Shown: positions 25,524-40,000 of the stretch, piece by piece | Layout: each line of letters begins with the position of its first letter | Position numbering within the stretch: the first letter of the stretch is position 1 | Translations under genes and position numbers: made by a program | The notes under the pieces: generated by a model | Told to the model about the DNA's origin: nothing | The model's database searches: none | Seen by the model: only the letters and a program-made list of their open reading frames with translations | Assembly: GCA_964016885.1 (NCBI GenBank) | Contig: OZ024742.1 | Coordinates: forward strand, 309,194,001-309,258,000 | Direction of reading: 5' to 3' | DNA: 64,000 bases | DNA from: Eledone cirrhosa | Taxonomy: Eukaryota

Positions 25524-26200
25524 CTAGCTGAGGTACCCGGCTTCGCCAAGGAGAACAGTTAAGAGAAGACGGATAAAAGAGAAAACGACTGTATTGGATG
25601 TGTTGTCGAGTATGAGGTGAGCTCGTAATGTGTGGATGTGTAAGTGTGTGTGAGAGAGCGACATAAAAAAAAAAAATCATAAAACTTCCTTATTAGGCTG
25701 GGAGAGTAAACTTGATTAAATGGTAGCATTGGCCTTGGATTTTAAATGTTGTGAAATAACCATAGTCAGTATGATTTTTTTCAACTTCAAAGAACGTCAT
25801 CTGAAACACAGCAATATACCACATAACATTGCTTCTGAAGTGTTGCTTTGTTAGTTTGGTCTGTAAGTAGTATATGGACAAAAGCTGGAGGGTAGATTAA
25901 TTTCAAATATCAATTTTTCTTTGTTCTATAAAATCAAAGACTGTAAAACTACTTTATAAAAGCTAACACAATATTGTTAAACCTTCAACTTTTGTGGGAC
26001 ATCACTCTCTCTCTCTCTCTCTGAATATCTAACACTTTAATTGTATCTCTCTGTATAACGGCCTATCTATCTCTTTCTGCTTCTCCCTCTGTGTCTCTGT
26101 CTCTTTAGATTTGTGTGTATGTATTTGTGTGTGCGTGTAGTTTTCATGTGATTTAACCAACCAATAAACATCTTTCTTTTATATTATATATCGATATAGA
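25524..26200 (-). mobile_element. Second, shorter Helitron copy in head-to-tail tandem
   Basis: Same 3' hairpin/CTAG and Rep remnant (AVFQMTFF..FKIQGQCYHLI). 5' A|TC at 26200. Confidence 0.8.
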
Positions 26201-26429
26201 TTACTTAGCTAAATCACTTTGATAGTAAACATCAAAGGTCAATTCTAAGTATTCAGTTAGCCACCTCATATGTGTCTCTAGTATCCTGAAGCATGATTAA
26301 CTGGGATTCAATGGACTTATGTCAGTTCCCACGACCAGCGTTCCAGTGGTCAATCAATGGAATAACTTAGCCTACTCGTGAAATTAACATGTAAGTGACT
26401 CAGTATAGCACAGGCACATGTACTCTTAA

Positions 26430-26739
26430 CCTCTTCAGTGCCGTAGACAAGATAACTCGTCCTAACATGTATGCATTCCAGTACCACGGACAAGATAACA
26501 TGTCTTAACATGTTTGAATTCTTTTCCAACAGTTCATGATATCAAAGCTAGATGGTATTACTAATTTATTGATGTGACGTTTGTCTATCATTCAGATCAG
26601 TTGTTAATAAATGTTTGTTAAACAAAAAGTCATTTTACTAAAAGAAAAAGTCATTTTACTAAAAAAAAAAATTTTTTTTTTAATTTTTTTTTAAATGCCA
26701 CAGCAACTGCAGTGTAAAATATACGCAGCAGTCAACAGG
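26430..26739. mobile_element. piggyBac-like MITE inserted into an older SINE
   Basis: TTAA-cctcttcagtgc...gcagtcaacagg-TTAA. Flanks rejoin as the SINE also seen at 39480-39760 and 35235-35490. Confidence 0.7.
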
Positions 26740-27131
26740 TTAACGTAATTCTCAAGGAGATCCAGTGTAGCACAGTGTATGAAAAGGCTGGCCCTTTGAA
26801 TTACAGATACAGTCCATCTTATGGGCTTCCAAACAGTTTCTGTCTACCCAATTTCTCTCACAGAGCATGAGTCAACTTCAGACTATGGTAAATGAAAATT
26901 GCCCATGATGTCACACTGTGGAATTGAACCTTGAGGCCTAATGATTGTTAAGTAAACTTCTTAACCATTTGTCCACACTGACCTAGGTGGCACAAAAACA
27001 AAATCGCATGAACAAAGGAAACAAACGTGTGATGATGATGACTGCCACTCTCCACATTCAAAATATTTAAAACTTCTAAAATAGATTCAGAAGTAAATAC
27101 CTGCTCTAAGTATCCATGCAAATTACCATCA

Positions 27132-27347
27132 TTTAACCCGTTAGCATTTAAACCGGCCATATCCGGCCAAAATTCTCTCACCTCTTTCTGTTCAAACCAG
27201 CCTTAACTGGCCACTCATACCGACTTTAAAGTATTGTTCTCAAAATAAATAATATTAAAATCTCATAGATATGGATATTGTGTGAGGTAAAACCTTTACC
27301 ATGAAAATACAATAGTAAATAGAATAATATAGATGCTAAAGGGTTAA
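27132..27347 (-). mobile_element. piggyBac-like TTAA MITE
   Basis: TTAAcccgttagcattta...gatgctaaagggTTAA. Confidence 0.78.
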
Positions 27348-28789
27348 CATCAGTTTTCCCTGCTAGCAAGGGTTGAATGGGTCTTTACAGACCAAGCAGA
27401 TCTTGCTTGCATACATTCCCGCAATCTACAGAGTGGGCCAGGTACATTTTATTGTGTCTCCAGCACTAGAGAGGTTGTCATGTCTTTGACACAACTGAAG
27501 ATGCTCTTCCTCTTATTAACCACTTTACAGAGTGTACTGGGTCTGTTTATTGTATCACCAATACTAGAGAGATTGTCATACTCTATACTTTAAAAAAAAA
27601 AGTTTAATGTAAATAAAAAAAAAAGAGAATTACAAAAAAAAAAACATTGAAAAGATGACTAAATAAAAATACATTGCTTGTCCTTTGTTGACTTTTCTCT
27701 GAGAAGTTTTTCCATGTGCTATTTTAAATTATTCCGGGTCTATCTTTGCCTACAAACATACACACACGTTTTCTAGATAATCCATCCAACCTATACAAGC
27801 ATGGAAAAGTGGATATAAAATAATGTTGATGATAATGAATCAAAATCAAGACCACAATATTATTGCTTTTTTCTCTCACAGTACACATAAACCCATCAGC
27901 ACTGTTATCTAATGCATCCCCCAATTTTCCTAATTATTAGACAATTATTAGAAAAATTTTCACATCAAGATCCACACACATTCAAGATGTTGTTCCAACA
28001 TGTTTTATCAAAAGGTTACAAGTAATACATGAAAAACCTTGAATCAAAACTCCTCAAAATACCTGTGTGTTATAACATGTTAGAATTTAAACTGTGCTTG
28101 GTCGGTGTCCTCTCTCTCACTTTCCTCTTTCCATCTCGCTCTCTCTTTCCCTCAGCCCCTATCTCTCACACTATCTCTCTCCAAGACCATAGTATATCTA
28201 GAATTAGTACATTGGAACAGTTATTCTGTTGTTATCTCTACATTTCTCAGAAATCAGAAATGGAAGCTTTGGAATGTTAAGTGAAGTTGTATGTAAATGT
28301 ATTTCAAAATACTAACATACAGGGCTAAGCTACAGTTTCATGACATTAAGTAGATGACAGATAACTCTCCAGGATAGAATGCAAGCTCATCACAGGTTGT
28401 ATTCACATTTGATTTGATACCTATTCCTAACATGTAAGTGGGAATAACTAATGTAAACTACGATGTTCAGTTTAGACCCCAAAAAAAATGCTTGCATCAA
28501 ATTTAATCTCAAGGTCAGTGAGCTATTAGTCCAATATATTATCTTTTTGATCAACTCACCTCAACTAAAGGAAATTATATGTCTAACAATCTAAGTGGGA
28601 GATTACATTTAGTACTTTCAGCATCCATCTAATCTACTCATCAATAACAAAGAGGTAATCTGTTATGCAATGGTGAACTGTACCTCCTCAATGTACCTAT
28701 TCACAGCTAGGTGTACAGGAAACTGAGTCAGTGAAAGTAAAATGTCCTTTCTATGCACATTAGACAAGGGAACTCAAAGCCTCCTCAGA

Positions 28790-29045
28790 CTGGCCATATG
28801 CATCCTTTAGAAGGCTTAGAAAGAGTCTTCCTAAACAGGTGTCTCAGCCACCATGCCAAAGTCCTTACTACCCAGGCAGTCCAGGTGTCCACTCTCTTGA
28901 AAGGGTGCAAAATATGAAACATATAGTGAGCACATATAAATCCTCATGTAGTTGATCAATGTCCTTTTCCTCACTCTTCCCCAGGAAATCCTTTCAGTTA
29001 CCTGACAAAATAGGGTTAAACACTCAGAAATCCTCCAATAAACCA
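28790..29045 (+). pseudogene. Very degenerate RTE-BovB-like fragment
   Basis: Remnant QAVQVSTLLKG...ILSVT*QNRVKHSEIL resembles the RTE post-RT region. Confidence 0.45.
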
Positions 29046-29274
29046 CCACAATCACATTTGATTTATCTGCCAGTACAATCCTCTGCAGTCAGCTATAACC
29101 ATGCTTTCAGGTTCAATTACACAGTGTGGTATCTTAGACAGATGTCCTCTACAGTGGCCTTGAGTTAACTAAATCTCTGCGTGTGCGTGTGCGTGTGCAT
29201 GTGCGTGTGTGGTGTGTGGTGTGTGTGTAAGATTTTATATTATTGTATCTGTGTTCATTTTGTTTATCTTGAAC

Positions 29275-29315
<41 letters not shown>

Positions 29316-31212
29316 TGTAAATGTGGTTGGCGGTAGGAAGGGCAGCCGTAAAAGCCCAGCCCAAATACAGCCCCACTATGAGCAAGGTGTGGTGCGGCCA
29401 ACTGACCAGACCTCCCTCATAATGGGACCACCCAGATCCCAAAATACTGTAACAGTCACAATATGTGCAAGGTACGGTGTGGGCATCTGACCAGACTTAG
29501 ATCATAACAGGACCACCCAGTAACACAGCTCCACTCTGAGTAAGGTTTGGTGCAGCCAACTAGCCTGACCTCCCTCATAATGAGACCACCCAGCTCCTAA
29601 ATTATTGTTCCAATGTGAGCAGGGTACGGTGCAGTCAACTGGCCAGACCTTCCTATGGGCTCCACTATGGAGAAGGCTTGATGTGGTCAACTAGCCAGAT
29701 CTCCCTCATACTGAGACCACCCAGCTCCCAAACTATGGTTCTGGTGTCAGCAGAGTAGTTTGACACTGTAAACGTGGTTGGTATTAGGAAGAGTATCTAG
29801 CTGCAAAACTCCCAGCCAACATACAGTTCCGTCTGAGCAAGGTACGACATGGCCAGACTTGTCTCATGACATTGGCAACCCATCTAATCCATACAAGCAT
29901 GGAAAAGTGGACATTAAACGGTGATGATGGTAATATATAGAGAGAGTTTGCAGTATGGAGACTTGAAAAACCACAAATTAGAGAAGTACTCAATACATAA
30001 TATGATGCAGAGTAGATATATTAGTAAGATAGATGTGTGGATGAAAATATATCTATATACAAATAGAGAGAGAAAGAGACATACAGACAAAGTCAGAGAG
30101 AGAGATGTCTGCATGGAACTATGAAATAATAAAAGAGAAAGAACACTATTTCATAATAGAAAATTTATAACAAAAGTGAAAAAATTCCTCTAATTTACTC
30201 CTTCATTGTTATTCTATAGAACTTTAATTAAAAGCAACATATTTAAGGCACATGGTAATATTTCAGTTTTGTTTTCATACAATCTAGTCACACACACACA
30301 CACACACACAAAGATAGGAAATAACCTATGTTGTATTAGTAACTAAAATGAAAATTAAAAAAAATAGCAAAAAGAAAAAGAGACACCATAGTACCAAGCC
30401 TTAAATTGAATATAAAATCTAAATACTGACCCATTTTAATTGTTCACAAAATTGAGTCAAGACAATGATTGCATACACCCACACAGAGTGAGGAGAGAGA
30501 CAGGCATAATGAGGAAAGTAAGAGGAGTATACATGTGTGCTGTAAGGTAATTGAAATGCTTTGAGGAAATATTAAACTTAGCTAGTTATATCCTCACCCA
30601 ACTCTACAATATCTGCCTGATCTTTAAGAATATGCAACACTGTTCTATTCCCAAATATACTATAGTGTGTCTTATTCCTAAATTATGCAGCAATGTGTTC
30701 ACTCTTGATCATGTTTGCCTCGGAATAAGGCAAAACCTCTTGTGCTGGTACTCCAATAAAATGCACCCAGTACACTCTTAAAATGGTTGGTGGCTAAACT
30801 GTGACACCATAGAGGAGAACAGACATGACAACCTCTCTAGTGTTGGTACCTCAATAAATTGCACTCAGTACAGTAGTTGGCATTAAGAAGGATCTCCAGC
30901 CATAGAAAACATGCCCAAATAGAACTAGTGAATTCAGACAGTTGAGTCAATAAAGAGCCAGACAAGTAACCAAGAGGTCAAATTTCTTATCCTGTTACCA
31001 GCACTGCAATGAATTTCTACCAAAGCTACTTAATTATTAAATGGACCGGCCCACAGTTTTGGGGGGTTTTTTTCTCAGTCTCCAAGACTGGTGAGAGGAA
31101 GTGAGAGAGTTATCTTCAAACTAAAAACCTCATCAGAAATCCTACAACAAAGTGAACACCGTAGACTGCATAACATCGGGTCAGGTGACAGTGTTAAATA
31201 CAGTCAACACCA

Positions 31213-31438
31213 TTAACCCTTTAACATTTTCATTACTCTATATTTACTATTGTATTTTTGTGGTAAAGGCTTTATTTTACATAATTATCTCACATAATAT
31301 CAAATCTATGAGATTTTGATTTTATTTATTTTGAGAACAATACCTTAACAGAATAAGTGGTCAGTTATGGCTGGTTTGAACAGAAAGAGGTGAGAGAATT
31401 CTGACCAGATACGGTCGGTTTAAATGTTAATGGGTTAA
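31213..31438 (+). mobile_element. piggyBac-like TTAA MITE
   Basis: TTAAccctttaacattt...aaatgttaatgggTTAA. Confidence 0.8.
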
Positions 31439-32197
31439 AGAAACAAGCCAAGTGATGGTGTTAAGTACAAACAACATAACTCATTGCTCAAAGCAACAAT
31501 AGCAGAAGCAGCAGCTTAACTATAGAAAGTAGAAAAGTGTTTTGTTGGATGGCAAAGCTAAGTTCATTGCTGTCTAGAAGAAAAATTGTTGGAGACATGC
31601 TAGTTTTCTGTCCAAAGTACGAGATTTTACTTTTAACAGTTAAACAGCATCTCAACCAGAGATAGGCACAAGCTTGAAAAATAAAAAAGATAAAAATAAC
31701 TACCATGAATTATGAGGAGAAAAAACAAACATTAGCTGTTCCAACTTCCATAGCCAACTATACAAGGTTATTGATGTTTAGCCCCAGGTTAGCCCTGAAT
31801 AAGCAGATCTATCTATGATCAAAAGTTGTCCAGCCATGACCAACTCACCCTTTTCTCTGAGATTTTATATCTAAGATTACACTATTAAATGGTTCCCCTC
31901 TTTTCAAGATGATAGGACTTAATTTGAGGGATATTTAGCTAGTATTTCTAGTAGGTTGAGTGACCGCATAGACACTTACCTATTTGGTCAATATTGTGAT
32001 AAGACTATGGTTGGTGAAAACATGCTAAGACAGGATATGGCATGAGCACATCATAAGTCTATGATATGGATACATGACATCATAGACTGTGACATATGTT
32101 GTGACGTGATGAAAACATTAAGACAAGAGATGGTATCAACATCATAGTTTATGACAGATTGTGTCATAATAGATTGTGGCATTATATATTGTCATAA

Positions 32198-32765
32198 TAA
32201 TTGTTTCTATTTTTAGCACAAGGCCAGCAATTATCCCAGTGCATTACTGGTACTTTATTTTATAGACCCCATAAGGATGAAAGGCAAAGTTAACCTAGGT
32301 GGGATTTGAACACAGACCATAAAGAGGTGTAACTATGCTGCAAAGCATGGTGTCCAACTTTCTACCGATACTGCCAATAATAATTGTTTCTACTTTTGGC
32401 ACACGGCCAGCAATTAACTGCCAATAATAATGTGACTATAGTTGGTGATATGTTAAGACAGGAGCTGATATCAGCATGATAGTTCATGACATGGATACAT
32501 GACATCAAAGACTGTGCCATTTGTGAAAACATGTTAAGACAGTATATAATTGTTTCTACTTTTAGGCACAAGGCCAGCAATTTTGGGGGGGAGGGGAAGT
32601 CAATTAAATCGACCCTAGGCATTACTGGTACTTTATTTTATCAACCTCGTAAGGATGAAAGGCAAAGCTAACCTCGGCGAGATTTGAACTCAGAACGTAA
32701 AGGGTCATAACTATGCTGAAAAGCATATTGTCCGATGCTCTACCGATACTGCCAATCCATTGCCA
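32198..32765 (-). mobile_element. Cluster of Deu/Nin-like SINEs (short, fragment, long) in a degenerate minisatellite
   Basis: Family matches at ~32198-32378, ~32378-32418 and ~32547-32765. Confidence 0.78.
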
Positions 32766-34714
32766 TTCATAGTTTATAATATGGAAACATGGCACCCTTT
32801 ACAAACAGAAAATAATATAAAAATAAATAAATAAATTTAATGTCAAATTCCAAATAATACCATAATTTAGAGATAGAATTCTTTTAAAAATAAAAGAAAT
32901 AATTTCTATTCAATTAAGTTCCCATTTAACTGATTGAGTGCTAATTTATCGTATTCTTGGTCTTCCACTACACTTTATTTATTGTTGTTTAGCCCAAGGT
33001 CAGCCTTGATAGAGCATACATATGATCAAAGATGTTCCAACTGTAACTAACCTCCCTTTACCCTTTTGATACCAAACCTCCTGAAACTAGCTATGCTTCT
33101 ATGATACAAGATCTTGCATTTTAAGTTGTTTATATTTATCTAAAACAAAAACCTATCAATTTTTTTTATTAACTTATGCCCAAACAATAACTTGATAATC
33201 TCAAAGTTATATTACTAAATCCTTCCAAATTGTTTACTTCCAAAATTAACTGAAAATCATAGGCAGTGTCTTTCATTGGGTTAATCAGAGCATGAAATTA
33301 ACTGTGTACATTTTCTTAAGATGGTAAAGTGTAATTTCAGGATTGATTTCTAGCAACAATGTAGAAATCCCCTCATTGGCTCTCCATGAAAGTACATTAG
33401 AAATCATCATCATCATCATCACCATTTAACATCCATTTTTCCATGTTAGCAAGGGGTCATTTTAAATCTCCTTTCTACACTGGCATGGGCTAGATGGTTT
33501 GTCATAGTCTGAGACCAGACAAGTCAGAGCGATCATTCTTGCTTGTTATGCTCCACATTTAACATGATTTCTACAGCTGGATATCCTTCCTAATACTGAC
33601 TCCTTTACAGGGTATGTTGGGTACATTTTTAATGATACAAATATGGACATACTACCACTCTACGGAGTGGGCTGGGTGCATTGCATTGTGGTTCCAGCAT
33701 TAACACATTACAGAGTGTAGTGGCTGTCACATGCTAAACAAAACTGACGAGTCCTCCCAAACCTTATATTGTTTCAATTTGATTTTGATTTCTATGTCCA
33801 TCTCAAAACCTCATGTAAACAGTATGTCTTCACACTTTACTTGTAAGTTTGACAAATGGGAACAATTGATAAACTTTTCAATTTTTCCAAGATTGGAATG
33901 GGTGAAGTTAATATTTGAGTGAATGGCTGGAGGTATATTGAGAAGTATGCTATTCTAGAGGAAAAGAACTAGCAACAGAGTTTAAGCATGAGATTTGTTA
34001 GAGAAGGTATAGTGGTAGGTGGCAGTGAACTCTTAGAGTCATTAGAACATCGGATAAAATCCTATATATCATTTGTTCCATCTCACTACTCTCTGAGTCC
34101 AAATGAGGATCAACTTTACCTTTCATCTTCCCAGAGTCAGCAAATAAAATCCTAATCCAGGACAGTGGATTGGAGTGTTGGATGGAAGACCTTGTGGTAT
34201 CTGTCCTAGTTCTATGTGCTCCGAGTTCAAATCCTGCCTCCTTTCACTAGAAAAATGGTGTCATGATAGGGATGCAATCCCTAACATTATCATAACTATA
34301 CTGACCTGGAGCTAAACAACAACAACCAGTATTTAACGTGATTGAGCAAATATATGAAAACATCTGAAAAAGAAATAGAATTAGCGTAAAGTAATAGATG
34401 GTATCTGCAAAGGGAGTAATCCAATGAATAGCTCTAAGGTAAGTTAATTAACAAATTCACACAGCAGGTGTATAGAAAATCTTAGGAAAGAAATATCAAC
34501 AAGAAAAAAAAGTGTCAACATTAATGTAATGTATCTTTTAAAATGACCTCACAAGAGAATGTCTTTAAATCATGCAATATATATATATATTTGACACTAT
34601 AGTTATAGTCTGTTTAGTGCTCCAGAGTAGAAATTTCCAAACCACATGTTATGACATTTTAATGTGTTGCCAATAGATTTTAGGAGTGTTGTGCAATGAA
34701 ATCAAATTTGAAAT

Positions 34715-34920
34715 ATTTATCATCATCATATTCCTTCATCATCTCTATGAGGTTCAGCGTTTTGAGATCAGCTCTCACCACTTCTGACAAGGTTTTCCTT
34801 GGTCTTCCTCTACTGCAGCTTTCTTCTACTGGGAACTCCTGACTGTCTTTCTCGGCACATTCATGCTTTATCATTTATGTATATTAACATCGCATGCTTC
34901 ATTTCTCTCCAGCCGACTGC
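34715..34920 (-). pseudogene. RTE C-terminal relic
   Basis: CSRGRPRKTLSEVVRADL in ORF 34680-34874. Confidence 0.65.
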
Positions 34921-36767
34921 AAAGTATATTTTTGGGGATCTGATAACTCAAGTACAATTAGACATGTGACTAGTGACATGGAATATGTGATTTAACTGTT
35001 TATTAAAATGTTTGAAGTGCTAACAAAACGTAATAAATATATCACAAAAGATTCTGTTTTCAAAATGTGTGTTGTCAATATGAAAAGGTTTTAAAGCTCT
35101 GACATAGATGCCTAATTGATTTCAAATATGGAATATGTTACAGGACAAAAAATATATAAAATAACATAAAAAGGGAGGAAAGAAATTTCTGTTGTATGAA
35201 TGGATATTTATTGGTTTCAACAATGAGAGTTCTAATTGTTCAATCAATGAAACAGTCTGTGAAATTAACATGCAAGTGGCTGAACATTCCATAGACTAAT
35301 ATAATCTTAATGGAGATACAGTGTGACAAGACCAGTTCTTTCAAGTGCAGTCCATGTGACAAGATTCCAAACAGTTTCAGTCTACCCAATGGGTTGACCA
35401 GAAGGTATGGTAAATGATACTTGCCCAGAATGTCACACAATAAGATTGAACCCAAGCCCTAATGGTTTCAAATAGAACTTCTTAACCCTTCAGCCTGGTT
35501 GCATAACAAATATTTTATAGTGAACTAAATGAAGTAGATGTGTCAGACAACATGCTTCTCAGCATAGAGTTATGGCCCTTTATGGTTTGACGAGACTTTT
35601 TGTAGGTAGTGTATTATGGTCAGATGCTCCTCCTAGTCACTTATTACAACATATATAGGGATACAGTGTAACATTTCTAAAATCCAGGTTACACACTTTT
35701 ACATAAATAGATAACTATATAAACATATGAGCATTAAAACGTTTAAAATGTGACCAATCCAAATACGGTACTTTTTCTTTTTACTTAATCTAAAAGGAAT
35801 CGTGGACCTTATTATCGAGTATGTGTCCGAAACTTCAATCTATCTCTCACAATCTTTGCTTCCATCAACATTTGATAAATTTAATAATTGTGATGTGAAT
35901 TTAAGACTAGTTAATCCTAACTGATGAAACACCAGAAGGTAGAAACAATGAGTTTTACATGACTACTAACAAGCAGAATAAATATTGATTTCTAATTAGG
36001 CACAGGGCCAGCAAATTTGAGGGAAGGGCTAAGTTGATTAAATCAACTCTGGTACTTCACTGGTACTTTATTTTTATCGACCCCCAGAAATGTATCATGA
36101 CAGAGAAATATATATTAGAAAAATAAATATTACAGGTGAAACAACAGAATTTGAATGAATATTAAATGTAAAACCAATATGGTGTGTCTTAATTTTGTTA
36201 ATGAGAAAATAAACTTTCTAGAAAATTCTCTTCCTTGCAAATGAAACCAAAACAACCATTGAGAATGAAGCTTATACTACTAAATATTGTCTTTCAAATA
36301 AAACCCATTATCCAAAATCCTTTAGTTTTTTGCACTACACCCTTCCTATCAACCTCACTACTCTGCCTTAATATTGATTGGTTTCTTTTGATCTAGTACA
36401 ATATATCAGATTTATAGGGAGAAGGTGAGCAGTGTGGTGGTTGTTCTTTTTCTTAAGGACACCCACACAGTGACATACATACCTACATACACATAAACAT
36501 ATACATGTATGCATGCAGACATACATGCATACGCATAAGTACATAGTGTCCCCAAATCAAAAGCAGGTCACAGACTTAGAACAAAGAAAGGAAGTTCTTT
36601 TCAATTATTGAAGAACAAACTGGAGAAGAGAGCGAGAAGCTAATAACACAGGTATGGAGACATATGACACACACAAAACATGCATTGATCAACCAACATG
36701 CACATACACTTAATGAGTAGCAGACACACTGAGCAGCTAACACACATACTCCAACCTCCATCCCTAA

Positions 36768-37052
36768 ACCTCACATATATTCTACCGCTACTATGGCATA
36801 TGCTCCACTCACATATATTCTACCACTACTAGAATGGTATCTGCTCCGCTCACATATATTCTACCACGACTACAATGGTATCTGCTCTGCTCACATATAT
36901 TCTACGACTACAATGGTATATGCTCCACTCACATATATTCTACCACTACTATAATGGTATCTGCTCCATTTGCATATTTATTCTACCACTACCACAATTG
37001 TATCTGCTCTATTCAAATATGTATATTCTACTACTACTACAATGGTATACAC
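36768..37052. repeat. 38-41-bp minisatellite
   Basis: Unit ctcacatatattctaccactactacaatggtatctgctcc, about 7 copies. Confidence 0.88.
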
Positions 37053-40000
37053 TCCTCAGAGCTAACTAGTTCAATGTCATCCACCCAAGTCCATCTGTCA
37101 CTCCTTTCATCACACATTCTGGTTCCCTCCTTAGACATGCACTAACCCTTTTACTCCATTTTTCCTCCCGCAGAATGTCAATCCTTTGAAATTTTCTTCC
37201 CATCCAGCCCCTCTCTTCCTGGGGCACACTGACTTGCAGTAATTAAAGCTAAACACATCAACTACATCAATCTGACCAATTTCAGAACGCCTTCCTCCCA
37301 AATGAAACAAGACACACACATACACCACCACCACTACACACACACCACAGTCAACACAGTGAACATCCACCTGACTAGCTAGAAAGAAAGCCAATATATC
37401 AGGTGACCAACAAAGAAATGAAGCAAATACAAAGTTATTGTTTATATGTTAACTACAGTTTTAGGGTATGTCATAGGATGTAATTTAATTTTCACATTAG
37501 TTATATATCAAACATGCTTATGAAAATATTAAAAATGCTTCAGAAAACAAGAAGAAAAACAGACAATAGTGTTGGTTTAGTGTTAAGAAGGATACAAAAA
37601 TTAGACCAAATATGATGAAGAGTAAACAAATTATATTTCTTACTCTAAAAAAAACAATCTCCTGCAAATCACACTCTGTAACCCTTTCATGACCATATTT
37701 CCCATGCAACACATGCCATTTCAATTAATTAATGAAGAATTTGGATGGAATTATTAAAATTACTAATAATTTCATTACTAAAATTAGTAACTTAAAATAT
37801 GGCTCATATATAAAAACTATGTTGGAATATTTTAATTTAAATACAAACACTTTATAATGGATGGCTTTCATAGGTGTCACAACAAAAACACCCAGTCCAC
37901 ATTGTAAAGTGGTCATGTAGGTTTCACAACAAAAAGCACCCAGTCCACACTGTAAAGTGGTTGTGTAGGTGTCACAACAAAAAGCACCCAGTTCAGACTG
38001 TAAATGTGGTTGGCTTTAGGAAGAACATCCAGCTGTAGAAATCTAGCCAGAAACAGTTCTGTATGAGCAGGATACGGCCACCTGACCCAGCTTGCCTTAA
38101 ATGGGACAACCTGTCTAACCCATGTTAGTGTGGAAGGTGAACATTAAACAATGATGATAATGATGATGATGAAAAACAAGGGCAGTTTTGGACAAGTTGG
38201 TATCAAAAGGTTCAAAAACCATGTATTGATAATGTAAATCTTTGATATACTATATCTGAAGAAAATAGCTGAGATTGTAACAGCTGGAAAGTCTTTGATA
38301 GTGGCTCCCCCTACATCCAGGGAAACTTTGGACTAAACAACAACAACATTTCTCTATAGCAGACTACAGATTTATAAATTTGTAATCTTATCTTAGGCAT
38401 TTCTCTTGACACCATGTTTAAATCAATGCATTTCCTCAATGTTCTTGGATATTGTATTTATACACATATAACATATGGTGTATATGTTATACAGTCCCAT
38501 GACCCCCTTAGTTAATCTCAATACCAACTAATTGTTTTTTGGTGACACATTCCTATGATTCTTAAATTCACTACAGCACAATACATTTGTTGAAGCAGAG
38601 ATCACTGCATGTACAGTAACAAGTTTAATCCTAACAATAATAAGTGCATCATAGCTGCACCCATGACATAAATAAGAGATTAAAACCAGATAAGTTTTTT
38701 TTACCATCTCTTCTGCAGCCATAAGTATTACATTTCATCATAAAATTAGGTAATGTAAACATTTTAGGAGCTTATCTTTCACATAATTTCTCTGTGTTTC
38801 AATCCACAAATTTTTATTGTTTATTTCATAAACACATAACTGTGTAGTTAAGAACAAATGAAGGTGTGGATGTGTGGTTAAGAATAGATGTATAAATGGC
38901 TATGTGGTTAAGAACACGTGCAGGTATGATTGTGTGGTAAAAAAATTCACTTCACAATCACATGATTTTGAGTTTGACCTTACTACATGGTCTGGTCCTT
39001 TGGTCAAGTGTGTTCTATGGCTTTAGGTTAACCATTACCTTGTGAGTGAAATTTGGTAGATGGCAACTGTTAAGGTGTGTGAGAGAGAAGAGGATGAGAG
39101 AGAGGAAAACACTGCTCTAACTCTGCATCAATCACACTTCATTAACAAGACAAATCACCCAAATATTTCCTGTGATACTTTATTGGATAACAATCAAATT
39201 TATAACATCACATAGAAACTCTATATTTACCAGATAGCCAAGTTTGTAGCTGAGTCTCCTCTATGGAAACCAGAAAATACTTCAGATCTGAATAGTTAAC
39301 ACTTTTATGAAGCAATAAATATAGAGACAGATATATAGACATATATTGTAGACTGCATCCAACCTAGACAGACATATATATTCATGCTCACACAAGAACA
39401 CATCATAGTCCACATGCAAGAAACAAAGGCATTCAGCTGTTGGTATGGAGGTGTGGACTTCTGTTTCAACAATGAGTGTTCCAGTTGTTCAATCAACAGA
39501 ACAGCCTGCTCATTAAATTAATGCGTAGGTGACTGACACGTGTAACCTTATAATTCTCCAAACAGTTTCTGTCTAAGTAATTCTCAGGGTAATTCAGTAC
39601 AACAGTGTTTGACAAGGCTAGCCCTTTCAATTACAGGTTGCATCTACATCCAATGGGCTTCCAAACAGTATCCAATTTCACTCAATGCATGGGTTAATCT
39701 GTAAATGAGATGCAGTAGGATCAAACCTATGACCTAATGATTGCAAAGCAAACTTCTTAACTGTTCATCTATGCTGTGTTTGCTGCTGAGTTGGAAAAAC
39801 TGCAATATGAACAGTAGAGAAAAAATATAGACAGAACCTGGTTTCTCCCCCACCATAGGGTGCTGACCTACCTATCTCAAGTTAAACTGCCACATCTGAT
39901 ATTTATACTGTCATAACTAAGTAAACTGACACACAAACATTGTGTGTATAATCCAAATAACCAAAGGCAAGGTTGTGTGGCCAAGCAATTCATTTTACAA

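Noticed and set aside
35915-35960. CTGATGA...GAAAC...GTT hammerhead-like spacing
   Set aside because: Stem I is only about 3 bp and stem II is offset from the core, so chance or heavy decay is likely.
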